A stretch of DNA of 64,000 nucleotides from an uncultured delta proteobacterium (GTDB lineage: Bacteria > Myxococcota_A > UBA9160 > SMWR01): the NCBI GenBank assembly GCA_963832165.1, contig CAWHTE010000001.1, positions 736,001 through 800,000 on the forward strand. Direction: 5' to 3'. Shown here in pieces: positions 11,628-20,463 of the stretch (position 1 is the first letter of the stretch; every line of letters starts with the position of its first letter). The notes under the pieces are model-generated. The model saw only the letters and a program-made list of their open reading frames with translations, was not told the DNA's origin and made no database searches. Made by a program: the position numbers and the translations under genes.

Positions 11628-12196
11628 TGGATCTCGCTGCGCTCTCCGCGCTCGCGCTGCCCGACCCGTCGGGTGCCGCGCACCGCCTCGGCGACTACTG
11701 GTCCGAGCGCCGCGTGGCGCTCGTGTTCCTGCGCCACTTCGGGTGACTCTTGTGCCGCGAGCACGCCGCGCAGTTGCGCGACGCATATCCGGAGGTGCAA
11801 CGCGCCGGCGCGGAGGTCGTGGCCGTCGGCACGGGCCCCTCGATGGCGCAGGCCTTCGTCGAGGACTATCGGATCCCGTATCCCGTGCTGATCGACGCCG
11901 ACGCGAGCGCGGCCAGGGCAGCGACAATCGGGCGGATGAGCTTCTTCGGGATGTTCACGCCCGCGTCGTACCCGGGCACGATCCGCGCGTGGCGGGCGGG
12001 GCACCGGATCGGCGCGTCGGGCAAGCGCGTGACGCAGCTCGCGGCGACATTCGTCATCGCCCCGCAGCAAGTCGCGCGCAGCGAGCCGCAGGCGAGCGAA
12101 GACCATCAGGGCGGGACGCTGGTCTACGAGCATCGCAATCGGCACGGCGCCGACCATCCGCCGCTCTCCGAAGTGCTAGCGGCTCTACGCGGTTAG
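11627..12196 (+). CDS. Peroxiredoxin-like (AhpC/TSA, SelU/PRXL2-like) selenoprotein; Sec at TGA 11744-11746
   Basis: ATG overlaps the Prx stop (TGATG). The frame reads VALVFLRHFG-TGA-LLCREHAAQL, a UxxC motif where homologues have CxxC, and continues in frame to the stop at 12196. A candidate SECIS hairpin follows. Confidence 0.85.
11767..11780 (+). promoter_or_regulatory. Candidate bacterial SECIS apical hairpin (CGCGC-AGUU-GCGCG)
   Basis: 25 nt separate the UGA from the loop; G is at the second loop position followed by U, as in the general bacterial SECIS model. Confidence 0.5.
12067..12110 (+). repeat. Family B repeat, copy 2, in-frame inside the selenoprotein CDS
   Basis: GCAAGTCGCGCGCAGCGAGCCGCAGGCGAGCGAAGACCATCAGG; translated as QQVARSEPQASEDHQ. 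Confidence 0.9.
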
Positions 12197-12212
12197 TCGG
12201 AGGAATCGAGAT

Positions 12213-13001
12213 ATGACGCGGCTCGACGGAAAGGTGGCGTTCATCACCGGCGCGGGATCCGGGATCGGCTTCGCGACCGCGCTGCGCTTCGCGCGCGAGG
12301 GCGCGATCGTGGCCGGACTCGACCTCGCCGAGTGCCCCGACTGGAAGCAGGTCGCCGACGCGGCGCGCGGCACGAGCTTCTACACGGCGGACGTGCGCGA
12401 TGCTGCGGCGCAGAATGCCGCGGTGACCGCGGTGCTCGAGCAGCACGGCGGGATCGACGTGCTCGTGACGGCCGCGGGGATCGCGGGCGGCGGCCCCGTG
12501 CACCTGATCACCTCCGAGGACTGGCAGCGCGTGCAGGACGTGAACCTCACGGGCACGTTCCTGTCGGCGAAGGCAGTGCTTCCGTCGATGATCGCGCGCC
12601 GCCGCGGCAGCATCGTCACGATCGCGAGCGTCGAGGGCCTCGAGGGCTGCGAAGGCGGCAGCACGTACAACGCGTCCAAGGGCGGCGTCGTGCTGCTCAC
12701 CAAGAACATGGCGATGGACTACGGCCGGATCGGCATCCGCGTGAACTGCATCTGCCCCGGCTTCATCGACACGCCGCTGTTCCGCAAGACGGTGGGCGGA
12801 GCATTTCCGGAGGCGAACCGCGAGCGGATCCGCGAGCAGCACAAGCTCGGCCGCTTCGGGCGTCCCGAAGAGATCGCAGGTGCGGTGCTGTTCCTGGCCT
12901 CCGACGACGCGTCGTTCGTGTCGGGCGTCGCGCTGCCCGTCGACGGCGGCTACACCGCGGGGCACTCGGCGGGCGTCGCGGAGATGATGGGGCTCGTGTA
13001 G
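12213..13001 (+). CDS. SDR family oxidoreductase
   Basis: TGAGSGIG, YNASKGG, RVNCICPGFIDT, LPVDGG. Confidence 0.92.
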   Translation: MTRLDGKVAFITGAGSGIGFATALRFAREGAIVAGLDLAECPDWKQVADAARGTSFYTADVRDAAAQNAAVTAVLEQHGGIDVLVTAAGIAGGGPVHLITSEDWQRVQDVNLTGTFLSAKAVLPSMIARRRGSIVTIASVEGLEGCEGGSTYNASKGGVVLLTKNMAMDYGRIGIRVNCICPGFIDTPLFRKTVGGAFPEANRERIREQHKLGRFGRPEEIAGAVLFLASDDASFVSGVALPVDGGYTAGHSAGVAEMMGLV

Positions 13002-13036
13002 GGCGGGAGAAGCGAGCGAAGCGAGCGGATCCCGCC
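12998..13036 (+). repeat. GTAG-type REP (family A) providing the SDR stop codon
   Basis: GTAG-GGCGGGA-(spacer)-TCCCGCC; a GCGCGCC-GAA-GGCGCGC hairpin follows at 13037-13053. Confidence 0.8.
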
Positions 13037-13067
13037 GCGCGCCGAAGGCGCGCCGGGCAACCCGGGC

Positions 13068-15083
13068 TCAGAGCGCCGCGGAGACCGCGGTGGCCTCGTA
13101 GATCGCCTCTTCGAACGTGCGCGGCGCGACGCAGTCTCCGATCCGGTGCACCGCGGCGCGGCCCCCCGCGAGCACGGCCGCGAGCGCGTCGTCGGGAGCG
13201 AGCGCATCGGACAGCACCACGGTGTCGGCGGCGATCTCGCGCTGCGCTCCGTCGGCGAGAGCGATGTGCACGCGCTCGCGCTCGATCGCGACCAGCTGCG
13301 CGCCGCTGTGGCGCGCGACGCCGTGCTCGGCGAGCAGGTGGACCGCGCGCCAACGCCGCGGGGGCGCCATCTCGGGCGCGAGCACCGCCTGCGCCGCGAT
13401 CAGCGACACGCTCGCGCCGAGCTCGGCGAGGCGCTCCGCGATCTCCACGCCCACGAGTCCGCCGCCGACGACGGCGACGTGCGTTCCGTTCGCGAGCGCG
13501 GTCTCGATGCCGCCGCGCAGCTGCCACGGGTCGAGCACGTGTGCGGCATCGGCTCCGGGGATGCGCGGCCGCATGCGCTGTGCGCCGACGGCCACGACCA
13601 CGGCGTCCGGATCGAGCTCGGCCACGAGCGCCGCGTCCACTTCGCAGCCGAGCCGCAGCTCGATCTTCGAAGCCGACACGGCACGCAAAAGCTCGTCGAG
13701 CAGCGGCGCGTTGTTCGGCTCGGCCGACACGGCCGCGAGCGCGAGACCGCCGAGCTCGGGCTCGCGTTCGCACAGCGTCACCGCGTGTCCGCGCAGCGCG
13801 AGCAGGCGCGCCGCCTCGAGGCCGGCCGGGCCACCGCCCGCTACGAGCACGCGCCGCGGCCGCGCGGCGGGCTCGACGCGCAGCTCGGCCTCGCGGCCCG
13901 CGCGCGGGTTTACCGCGCAGCTTGCAGCGCGGCGCAGGAAGATGTTCCCGACGCAGCGATAGCTGTAGATGCAGCGGGAGACTGCGGCGTCGCCGCGCGC
14001 GAGCTTCGCGGGCAGCTCGGGATCGGCGATCAGCGCGCGGCCCCACGCCACGAAGTCCGCATCGCCGTCGGCGATCGCGCGCTCGGCGGCGTCGGGTGCG
14101 ATCCGCCCGACGGCGATCACGGGCACCGCGACGCGCCGCTTGATGCCGCGCGCGAGATCGAGATAGGCCGACGGCTGATGAGGCAGCGGCGCATCGGTGA
14201 ACGCGATCGCGGAGCGCGGATCGGCGTAGGCCGACACGTGCACCGCGTCGAGCCCCGCAGACGCGGCGAGCTCTGCGGTGCGCTGCGCGTCGGCCTGCGT
14301 GATTCCGTTGGCCTTGTGGAACTCGACGCCGTCGAGCCGGCACCACACCGGGAACGCGTCACCGACCCGGTCGCGCACGGCGCGAATCACGCGCAAGAGC
14401 ACGCGCGCGCGGTTCTCGAGCGGCCCGCCGTACGCATCGGTGCGGTGATTCGTCGAGAGGGAGAGGAACGAGGAGATCAGGTAGCCGTGTCCCGCATGGA
14501 TCTCGATACCGTCGAACCCCGCGCTGCGCGCGCGCTCGGCGGCATCGGCGAACCAGCCGCACAGCGTCGTGATGTCGTCTTCGGTCACGACGTGGAACGC
14601 GAGGCGGCTGGTCGGCTGCATGAACGGCGAGCTGACGGCCGCGATCTCCTCCGGCAGGAGCGCGTCGAAGAGATCGCCGGCCTTCTCGGGCAGCTCGGTC
14701 GGCACCCAGAGCGGCCGCCCCGCGATCACGTCCTGGAGCGAGGTCTTGCCCGCGTGCTGGAGCTGCACCGCGATCGCGGCGCCGTGTGCGTGCACGCGGT
14801 CGGTCATCGCGCGGAACGCCGGAACGAACTCATCGCGCGAGAGGCCCATGTTATTCGGGTTCGAGACGCCCGCGGGCCACGCGACCCCCGTGACGCCGAC
14901 GATGATCATCCCGACGCCGCCCTTCGCGCGCTCCTCGTAGAAGCGCGTGATCCGCTCGCCGGGAGTGCCGTCCTCCGCCTCGAGGTTGGTGCCCATCGGC
15001 GTGAGACAGATCCGGTTGCGCAGCGTGAGCGAACCGATCTGCCCCGGCGACAGCAGATGCGGATACCGCGCGGCGATCGTCAC
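13068..15083 (-). CDS. NADH:flavin oxidoreductase (2,4-dienoyl-CoA reductase/OYE-like)
   Basis: LRNRICLTPM, GFDGIEIHAGHGYLISSFLS, YGGPLENRAR, VAGGGPAGLEAA. Confidence 0.9.
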   Translation of the reverse strand: MTIAARYPHLLSPGQIGSLTLRNRICLTPMGTNLEAEDGTPGERITRFYEERAKGGVGMIIVGVTGVAWPAGVSNPNNMGLSRDEFVPAFRAMTDRVHAHGAAIAVQLQHAGKTSLQDVIAGRPLWVPTELPEKAGDLFDALLPEEIAAVSSPFMQPTSRLAFHVVTEDDITTLCGWFADAAERARSAGFDGIEIHAGHGYLISSFLSLSTNHRTDAYGGPLENRARVLLRVIRAVRDRVGDAFPVWCRLDGVEFHKANGITQADAQRTAELAASAGLDAVHVSAYADPRSAIAFTDAPLPHQPSAYLDLARGIKRRVAVPVIAVGRIAPDAAERAIADGDADFVAWGRALIADPELPAKLARGDAAVSRCIYSYRCVGNIFLRRAASCAVNPRAGREAELRVEPAARPRRVLVAGGGPAGLEAARLLALRGHAVTLCEREPELGGLALAAVSAEPNNAPLLDELLRAVSASKIELRLGCEVDAALVAELDPDAVVVAVGAQRMRPRIPGADAAHVLDPWQLRGGIETALANGTHVAVVGGGLVGVEIAERLAELGASVSLIAAQAVLAPEMAPPRRWRAVHLLAEHGVARHSGAQLVAIERERVHIALADGAQREIAADTVVLSDALAPDDALAAVLAGGRAAVHRIGDCVAPRTFEEAIYEATAVSAAL

Positions 15084-15285
15084 GCGCGCATTCTAGCGGT
15101 CGCTCCGGGCGTCGAGAGCGCCCAGGACCGGACAGCCGAAGCTTCGGTCCGACGGTTCCATTAGGGAATCATTTTTCCGCTGCGGCGGAACATCCCTTCC
15201 GAGGGACAGGTCACCTAGTTCGATATTCAAACTAGATATCCAATAGATCCGGGTACCTAGGACGTTCGCCCGCCAGGAAAATCCC

Positions 15286-15301
15286 TGGCACGACAGTTGC
15301 T
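15286..15301 (+). promoter_or_regulatory. Sigma54 (-24/-12) promoter upstream of a PEP-CTERM gene
   Basis: TGGCACGACAGTTGCT matches TGGCAC-N5-TTGC(A/T) exactly; it lies in an AT-richer intergenic region. Confidence 0.85.
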
Positions 15302-15337
15302 TAGGGATCGAACATCCTTGGGAAGGAGGAGTCTGCC

Positions 15338-15988
15338 TTGCTGTCTCGAATGCTCTCGCTCCCCGCGCTCGCTGTGGTGCTGCTGGTCGCGGGCTCGGCC
15401 TCGGCGATCTCGACCATCTACGACATGTCCGGGTCGACGATGACGATGACCAACCAGGCGTGCCCCGGGGTTCCCCCGTGCACCGTGGCCGTGACCGGCA
15501 CGCTCACGCTCGACGACGACCTCGGCGGCAACGTCTCGCTCACGGATTTGAACCTGGCTCATGAGCCCTACCAGGTGGGGAGCCCGGTCTTCGTCAACGT
15601 GTTCATCGATCGCGACAGCATCACGCTCACCTCCCCTCCGGTCCTGGGTACCGGCACCACGCTCAACGGCAACACCGCATTCGGGTCCGCCTCGATCACG
15701 CAGGTCGGCACGACCAACTGCTCGGACGGTCTGCTCGCCACGTGTGCTCTCGCGGGTCTTCCGCCGGGCAGCAGCCCGCTCACGTCGCCGATTGTCATCG
15801 ACCTCGGGAACTGGGCGTTCAATGGGCTCGGCATTCTGACCGCGAATATCACGTACACCAACAACGCGAACCCGCCTGCTACCGAGATCCTGTACCTGTA
15901 CGGCACGCCGGTGCCCGAGCCCGCGACGGCGGTGCTCATGGTGATGGGCCTGGTCGGGATGGCGATCCGCCGCCGCATGGAGCGCTGA
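15338..15988 (+). CDS. PEP-CTERM sorting domain secreted protein
   Basis: GGAAGGAGG RBS; signal peptide; C-terminal PVPEPATAVLMVMGLVGMAIRRR. Confidence 0.9.
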   Translation: MLSRMLSLPALAVVLLVAGSASAISTIYDMSGSTMTMTNQACPGVPPCTVAVTGTLTLDDDLGGNVSLTDLNLAHEPYQVGSPVFVNVFIDRDSITLTSPPVLGTGTTLNGNTAFGSASITQVGTTNCSDGLLATCALAGLPPGSSPLTSPIVIDLGNWAFNGLGILTANITYTNNANPPATEILYLYGTPVPEPATAVLMVMGLVGMAIRRRMER

Positions 15989-16018
15989 GCGAGCCGCTTC
16001 GCTTCCGACTTCCCGTAA

Positions 16019-16051
16019 CGAGCGCGGAGACCGGACTGGTTTCCGCGCTCG
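16019..16051. terminator. Stem-loop between convergent genes (possible terminator)
   Basis: CGAGCGCGGAGACC-ggact-GGTTTCCGCGCTCG; no strong U-tract. Confidence 0.5.
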
Positions 16052-16066
16052 CTCCGTTTCGAGGGG

Positions 16067-16906
16067 TCAGAGCGCGGCGAGGATCTGCTCGATCGCATCG
16101 ACGGCGCCGCCCTCGGCGTTGCTGCGCACGACCCGTCGCGCTGCGGCGCGCACCTCGGGCAGCGCGTTGCCCATCGCGATCCCGAGTCCGACGCGGCCCA
16201 ACAGCTCGGCATCGTTGGTGTCGTCGCCGACGGCCGCGATCTCGTCGGGTGCGATGCCCCAGGAGGTCGCGAGTCGCTCGAGTGCCCGCCATTTGCCCGC
16301 GTCGGGCGACTGGAACTCGAGGATCTGGCCCTGATAGTTCTTGTTGAGCAGCCAGTGGGTCTGGATCCGATCGCCGAAGAGCTCGTGCGCGCGGCTGCGC
16401 AGCGGCGCAAGCGACTCCGCGTCGGCCATCGTGCTCACCATGATCACGCGTTCGCGGTCCATCGTCGCGACGTCGTCCACGACCGTGACCACCCCGATCT
16501 GGTCGTCGACGTACTCGCGCTGGAACGCGTGCGCACGGTCCCGGCCCTCGGTGAAGATGTCGACGCCGTCGTGATAGCTGTCGATGTAGACGAGCGGAGG
16601 ACCGTGAGATCGCACGTGGGCGATCACCTCGTCGAATACGGGCGCGGGCAGATAGGCGTGCTGGACGGTTTCGCCGCTCGCGAGGTCCTTCACGAGCGCG
16701 CCGTTGTTGACGATGATCGAGCCCGTGAGCCCGAGTGCGGTTGCATGGGGCAGGGCGGTGCGGAAGCGGCGCCCGGTGCACAGCACGATGCGCAGCTCGC
16801 CGTGCTGCGCCATGCGGCTCACGGCGCCCTGAACCGCCGGAGTGAGCTTCCCGTACGGATCGAGCAGCGTTCCGTCGAGGTCGAACGCGACGAGGCGGAT
16901 CGTCAT
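16067..16906 (-). CDS. Cof-type HAD-IIB hydrolase
   Basis: FDLDGTLL, CTGR, NNGA, AVGDDTNDAELL, AMGNA. Confidence 0.9.
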   Translation of the reverse strand: MTIRLVAFDLDGTLLDPYGKLTPAVQGAVSRMAQHGELRIVLCTGRRFRTALPHATALGLTGSIIVNNGALVKDLASGETVQHAYLPAPVFDEVIAHVRSHGPPLVYIDSYHDGVDIFTEGRDRAHAFQREYVDDQIGVVTVVDDVATMDRERVIMVSTMADAESLAPLRSRAHELFGDRIQTHWLLNKNYQGQILEFQSPDAGKWRALERLATSWGIAPDEIAAVGDDTNDAELLGRVGLGIAMGNALPEVRAAARRVVRSNAEGGAVDAIEQILAAL

Positions 16907-17802
16907 GACGTGCGCCTGGCCTCGAGCTCTTCGAGCGATCTCGGCCAGTCCTTCTTCAGCAGCTGCGACAGCGCGCGGTCTGCGAGCAGCTTGCCGCCCG
17001 TCTGACAGCGCGCGCAGTAGTTGGTCTCGTTCGCGGCGTACACGATCCGCTGCACGGGGGCACCGCAGTCGGGGCAGGGCTGCCGATAGCGGCCGTGCAC
17101 CGCCATCTCGGGCCGGAACGCAGTCACCTTCTCGGGAAAGCCCTCACCGGTCTGCTCGCGCAGGCGTCCGGTCCAGAGCTCGAGGGTGTCGCGCGCGGCC
17201 GCGTGGAGACGCCGCCACTCTTCGTCCGAGAGCCGGCTCGTGAGCGTCACGGGCGAGAGCCGAGCCCGGTGCAGGATCTCGTCGGAGTAGGCGTTGCCGA
17301 TCCCGGACAGGATGTGGGGATCGGTGAGCGCGCGCTTGAGCGTGCGGTTCTCGGCGGACATGCGCGCGCGGAATTCCGCGAGGGAGGAGCCCGACACCTC
17401 GAGCCCGCCCGGGTCGTGTTCCGCGAGCGCGGACTCGCCGCGCACGAGGTAGAGCGACGCGCGCTTCTGGGTGCTCGCCTCGGTGAGCACGAGCGTTCCG
17501 GTGGAGAAGTCGACCGATGCGAGCCCGGTCTTGCGGGATGGCCGCGCTCCGCGCTCGCGCCAGTGGAAGCGACCCGCGATCATGAGATGGAAGATCAGGA
17601 ACAGTTCGTTTCCAGACGCGAACACGACGCGCTTGCCGAGCCGGCGCACGCCGCGCACCCGTTTCCCCTCGGCCGCAGAAATCGGCGGATCGAAGCTGCG
17701 CAAGAGCGACGGACCCACGACGCGCACGCGCTCGAGCGTCTGGCCCACGCAGCGCGCTGCGAGGCACTCGACGTAGACGGTGACGTCGGGGAGCTCGGGC
17801 AT
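16903..17802 (-). CDS. Fpg/Nei-family DNA glycosylase
   Basis: N-terminal PELPDV, RLGKR, HLMIAG, GIGNAYSDEIL, zinc finger CPDC...CARC. Confidence 0.9.
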   Translation of the reverse strand: MPELPDVTVYVECLAARCVGQTLERVRVVGPSLLRSFDPPISAAEGKRVRGVRRLGKRVVFASGNELFLIFHLMIAGRFHWRERGARPSRKTGLASVDFSTGTLVLTEASTQKRASLYLVRGESALAEHDPGGLEVSGSSLAEFRARMSAENRTLKRALTDPHILSGIGNAYSDEILHRARLSPVTLTSRLSDEEWRRLHAAARDTLELWTGRLREQTGEGFPEKVTAFRPEMAVHGRYRQPCPDCGAPVQRIVYAANETNYCARCQTGGKLLADRALSQLLKKDWPRSLEELEARRTS

Positions 17803-17849
17803 CTGCGGGAGCATGTCCCAGCCATCTGGTCTTCGCTCGGCTTCGCCAA

Positions 17850-17893
17850 CCTGATGGCCTTCGCTCGCCTTCGGCTCGCTGCGCGAAACTTGC
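17850..17893 (-). repeat. Family B repeat, copy 3 (intergenic, with a duplicated TGCGCGAAACTTGC end)
   Basis: The reverse complement reads GCAAGTTTCGCGCAGCGAGCCGAAGGCGAGCGAAGGCCATCAGG. Confidence 0.9.
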
Positions 17894-17933
17894 AGTGCGC
17901 GAAACTTGCGGCGAGCCCGCTAGCATCCACGCC

Positions 17934-18833
17934 GTGCGCAACGCGTTCTTCAAGGGGCATGGGCTCGGCAACGACTACCTCGTGGTCGACTCGTCGGAGC
18001 TCGACTTTCCGATCACGCCTGCGCGCGTGCGCAGCTTGTGCGATCGCCACACCGGCGTGGGTGGAGACGGACTCCTGGCGCTGGTGCCGACGCGGCGCGC
18101 CGATTTCGGCATGCGCATCTGGAATCCCGATGGCAGCGAGGCGGAGAAATCGGGCAACGGGCTGCGGATCTTCGCACGCTTTCTGCACGCCACGAAGCGC
18201 ACGCGCCGCACCGCGTTCTCGGTCGAGACGAAGGGCGGCATCGCGGGGATCGAGCTCGCGCTCGACGCGCAGGGCGTCGCATCGAGTGCGACGGTGGCGA
18301 TGGGGCGTGCGAGCTTCGCGCCCGCCGACCTGCCGTGCAGCCTCGATGTGCCCGAGCTCGTCGACGAGCCGATCCGGGTCGGATCGCAGTCGCTGCGCTT
18401 CACGGGAGTGTCGATCGGCAATCCGCACTGCGTGGTGTTCCGGCCCAAGGGTCGCGACGTGACGCGGCGTGAGCTCACCGAGCTCGGTCCGGCGCTCGAG
18501 ACGCACCGGATCTTCCCGCGCTTCACCAATGTTCAGCTCGTGGTGCCGCGCACGCGGCACCGGCTCGCGGTGTGGATCTGGGAGCGCGGCGCGGGCATCA
18601 CGCAGGCGTCCGGCTCGTCCGCATGCGCTGCAGCGGCGGCCGCGGTGCGCCGCGGCATCGCGAAGAGTCCAATCGAGGTGGAGATGCCCGGCGGCACCCT
18701 CTCCGTGGAGGTGGACCCCGCGTTCGATGTAATTCTTACCGGAGCGGTCGAAGAGGTCTGTCGCGGCCAGCTCGCCGAGCCGTGGGTCAAGGCGCTCAAT
18801 GGGGGTGCGCGCCGCCGTCCGTCGCGGCGCTGA
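17934..18833 (+). CDS. dapF: Diaminopimelate epimerase family protein, Ser/Ser active-site variant
   Basis: KGHGLGNDY, GVGGDG, NPDGSEAEKSGNGLR, GNPHCV, WERGAGITQASGSSAC; start uncertain (17895 or 17934). Confidence 0.8.
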   Translation: MRNAFFKGHGLGNDYLVVDSSELDFPITPARVRSLCDRHTGVGGDGLLALVPTRRADFGMRIWNPDGSEAEKSGNGLRIFARFLHATKRTRRTAFSVETKGGIAGIELALDAQGVASSATVAMGRASFAPADLPCSLDVPELVDEPIRVGSQSLRFTGVSIGNPHCVVFRPKGRDVTRRELTELGPALETHRIFPRFTNVQLVVPRTRHRLAVWIWERGAGITQASGSSACAAAAAAVRRGIAKSPIEVEMPGGTLSVEVDPAFDVILTGAVEEVCRGQLAEPWVKALNGGARRRPSRR

Positions 18834-18954
18834 TTCGTCGACCGAAGCGCGGCGCAGCACGGGGACCGTTCGATCCGCCTCGGGGTACCCTCTTCAGTCG
18901 CTGCGAATCCCCGGAATGGGGTAGGATTTGCTCGAGCCGCGCCCCGTCTTTTCA

Positions 18955-20463
18955 ATGAAAAAGCCCCCCCCGACTGTCTTGCGCTCCGCACCTCGCGCCG
19001 AGACCGGCGTCGAGGGGCTCGACCACGTGCTAGGCGGTGGGCTCACGCCGGGCCAGCTCTACGTGCTCGAAGGCCTGCCCGGAACGGGCAAAACCACCCT
19101 CGCGCTGCAGTTCCTGCTCGAAGGAGTGCGGCGCGGAGAGTCGGTTCTGCACGTGACCCTCTCGGAGACCACCCCGGAGCTGTACTCGATCGCTGCCTCG
19201 CACGGCTGGTCGCTCGAAGGGATCCAGATCCACCAGGTGCTGGCGGACACCAAGCTCCTCGACGCAGACGAAAACACGGTATTCCATCCATCCGAGGTCG
19301 AGCTGAGCGAAGCGATCCGGCCGATCCTCGCGCAGGTCGAGCGGCAGAAGCCAGCGCGCGTAGTGCTCGACTCTCTGTCGGAGATCCGCCTGCTGGCCGG
19401 CTCCGCGCTGCGCTTCCGGCGGCAGTTGCTCTCGCTCAAGCAGTACTTCACGGGCCGCGACTGCACCGTGCTCGTGCTGGACGACCGGACCTCCGGCGAC
19501 CCGGACTTCCAGGTGCAGAGCATCGCCCACGGCGTGATCCAGCTCGATCAGCAGAACCCGGAATTCGGAGCAGAACGACGCCGCATGCTCGTGTGCAAGT
19601 TCCGCGGCGTGCAGTTTCGCGGTGGCTTTCACGACTTCCAGCTCCGTCGCGGCGGGATCAGGATCTTCCCGCGACTCGTCGCCGCCGAACACCGCCAGGT
19701 GCTGCCGGCCGGAAAGCTCGAGAGCGGGGTTCCCGAGCTCGACAAGCTGCTCGGTGGTGGAGTCGATCAGGGCATGAGCACGCTCTTCGTCGGCGCTGCG
19801 GGAACCGGCAAGTCGTCGTTGGTGGCGCAGTTCGTCGTGGCAGGGGCCGCTCGCGGCGAGACCAGCGTGATGTTCCTCTTCGACGAGAGCGTCGCCACGC
19901 TGCTCGGGCGCTGCGACGGTCTCAACATTCCGCTGCGGCGCCACGTCGAATCGGGTCTCGTGAAGGTACGACCGATCGATCCTGCCGAGCTCTCGCCCGG
20001 CGAATTCAGCCAGGCCATCCGCACTGCCGTCGAGGTCGATAAAGCCGCGATCGTCGTGCTGGACAGCCTGAACGGGTTTCTCAACGCGATGCCCGGAGAG
20101 CGCTTCCTGACCCTCCAGCTGCACGAGATTCTCTCCTACCTGGGTCAGCAGGGTGTCGCCACGCTGTTGGTCGCGGCGCAGCAGGGCTTGATCGGCCAGC
20201 AGATGAACACCCCGATCGATGCCACCTTCCTGGCCGACGCCGTGGTGTTGATGCGCTACTTCGAGATGCACGGGGAGATCCGCCAGGCGATCTCGGTGGT
20301 CAAGCGCCGCGGCGGAGAACACGAGCGCACGATCCGCGAGTTTCGGCTCAAGGCCGGAGGCATTCAACTCGGCGAGCCCTTGCGCCAGTTGCGCGGCGTG
20401 CTTACTGGAGTTCCGATCTTCGAGGGATCGGGCGATCCATTTCTGTCGACGAAATCGACATGA
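18955..20463 (+). CDS. KaiC-like double RecA-domain ATPase
   Basis: Two Walker A motifs (GLPGTGKT, GAAGTGKS); FHPSEVEL; LTGVP C-terminus. Confidence 0.88.
   Translation: MKKPPPTVLRSAPRAETGVEGLDHVLGGGLTPGQLYVLEGLPGTGKTTLALQFLLEGVRRGESVLHVTLSETTPELYSIAASHGWSLEGIQIHQVLADTKLLDADENTVFHPSEVELSEAIRPILAQVERQKPARVVLDSLSEIRLLAGSALRFRRQLLSLKQYFTGRDCTVLVLDDRTSGDPDFQVQSIAHGVIQLDQQNPEFGAERRRMLVCKFRGVQFRGGFHDFQLRRGGIRIFPRLVAAEHRQVLPAGKLESGVPELDKLLGGGVDQGMSTLFVGAAGTGKSSLVAQFVVAGAARGETSVMFLFDESVATLLGRCDGLNIPLRRHVESGLVKVRPIDPAELSPGEFSQAIRTAVEVDKAAIVVLDSLNGFLNAMPGERFLTLQLHEILSYLGQQGVATLLVAAQQGLIGQQMNTPIDATFLADAVVLMRYFEMHGEIRQAISVVKRRGGEHERTIREFRLKAGGIQLGEPLRQLRGVLTGVPIFEGSGDPFLSTKST

Noticed and set aside
12065..12109. 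CAG at both ends of the in-frame insert as a target-site duplication
   Set aside because: The terminal CAGG is part of the repeat consensus in other copies, so a TSD cannot be inferred
11363..12196. Reading the TGA at 11744 as a nonsense mutation or as two small genes
   Set aside because: The TGA falls exactly at the first Cys position of a CxxC motif and both halves are intact and in frame, so Sec is the better explanation
18955..20463. A true circadian clock
   Set aside because: There is no kaiA or kaiB in the window, the canonical phosphosite is absent, and the kinase-coupled arrangement indicates a KaiC-like signalling ATPase
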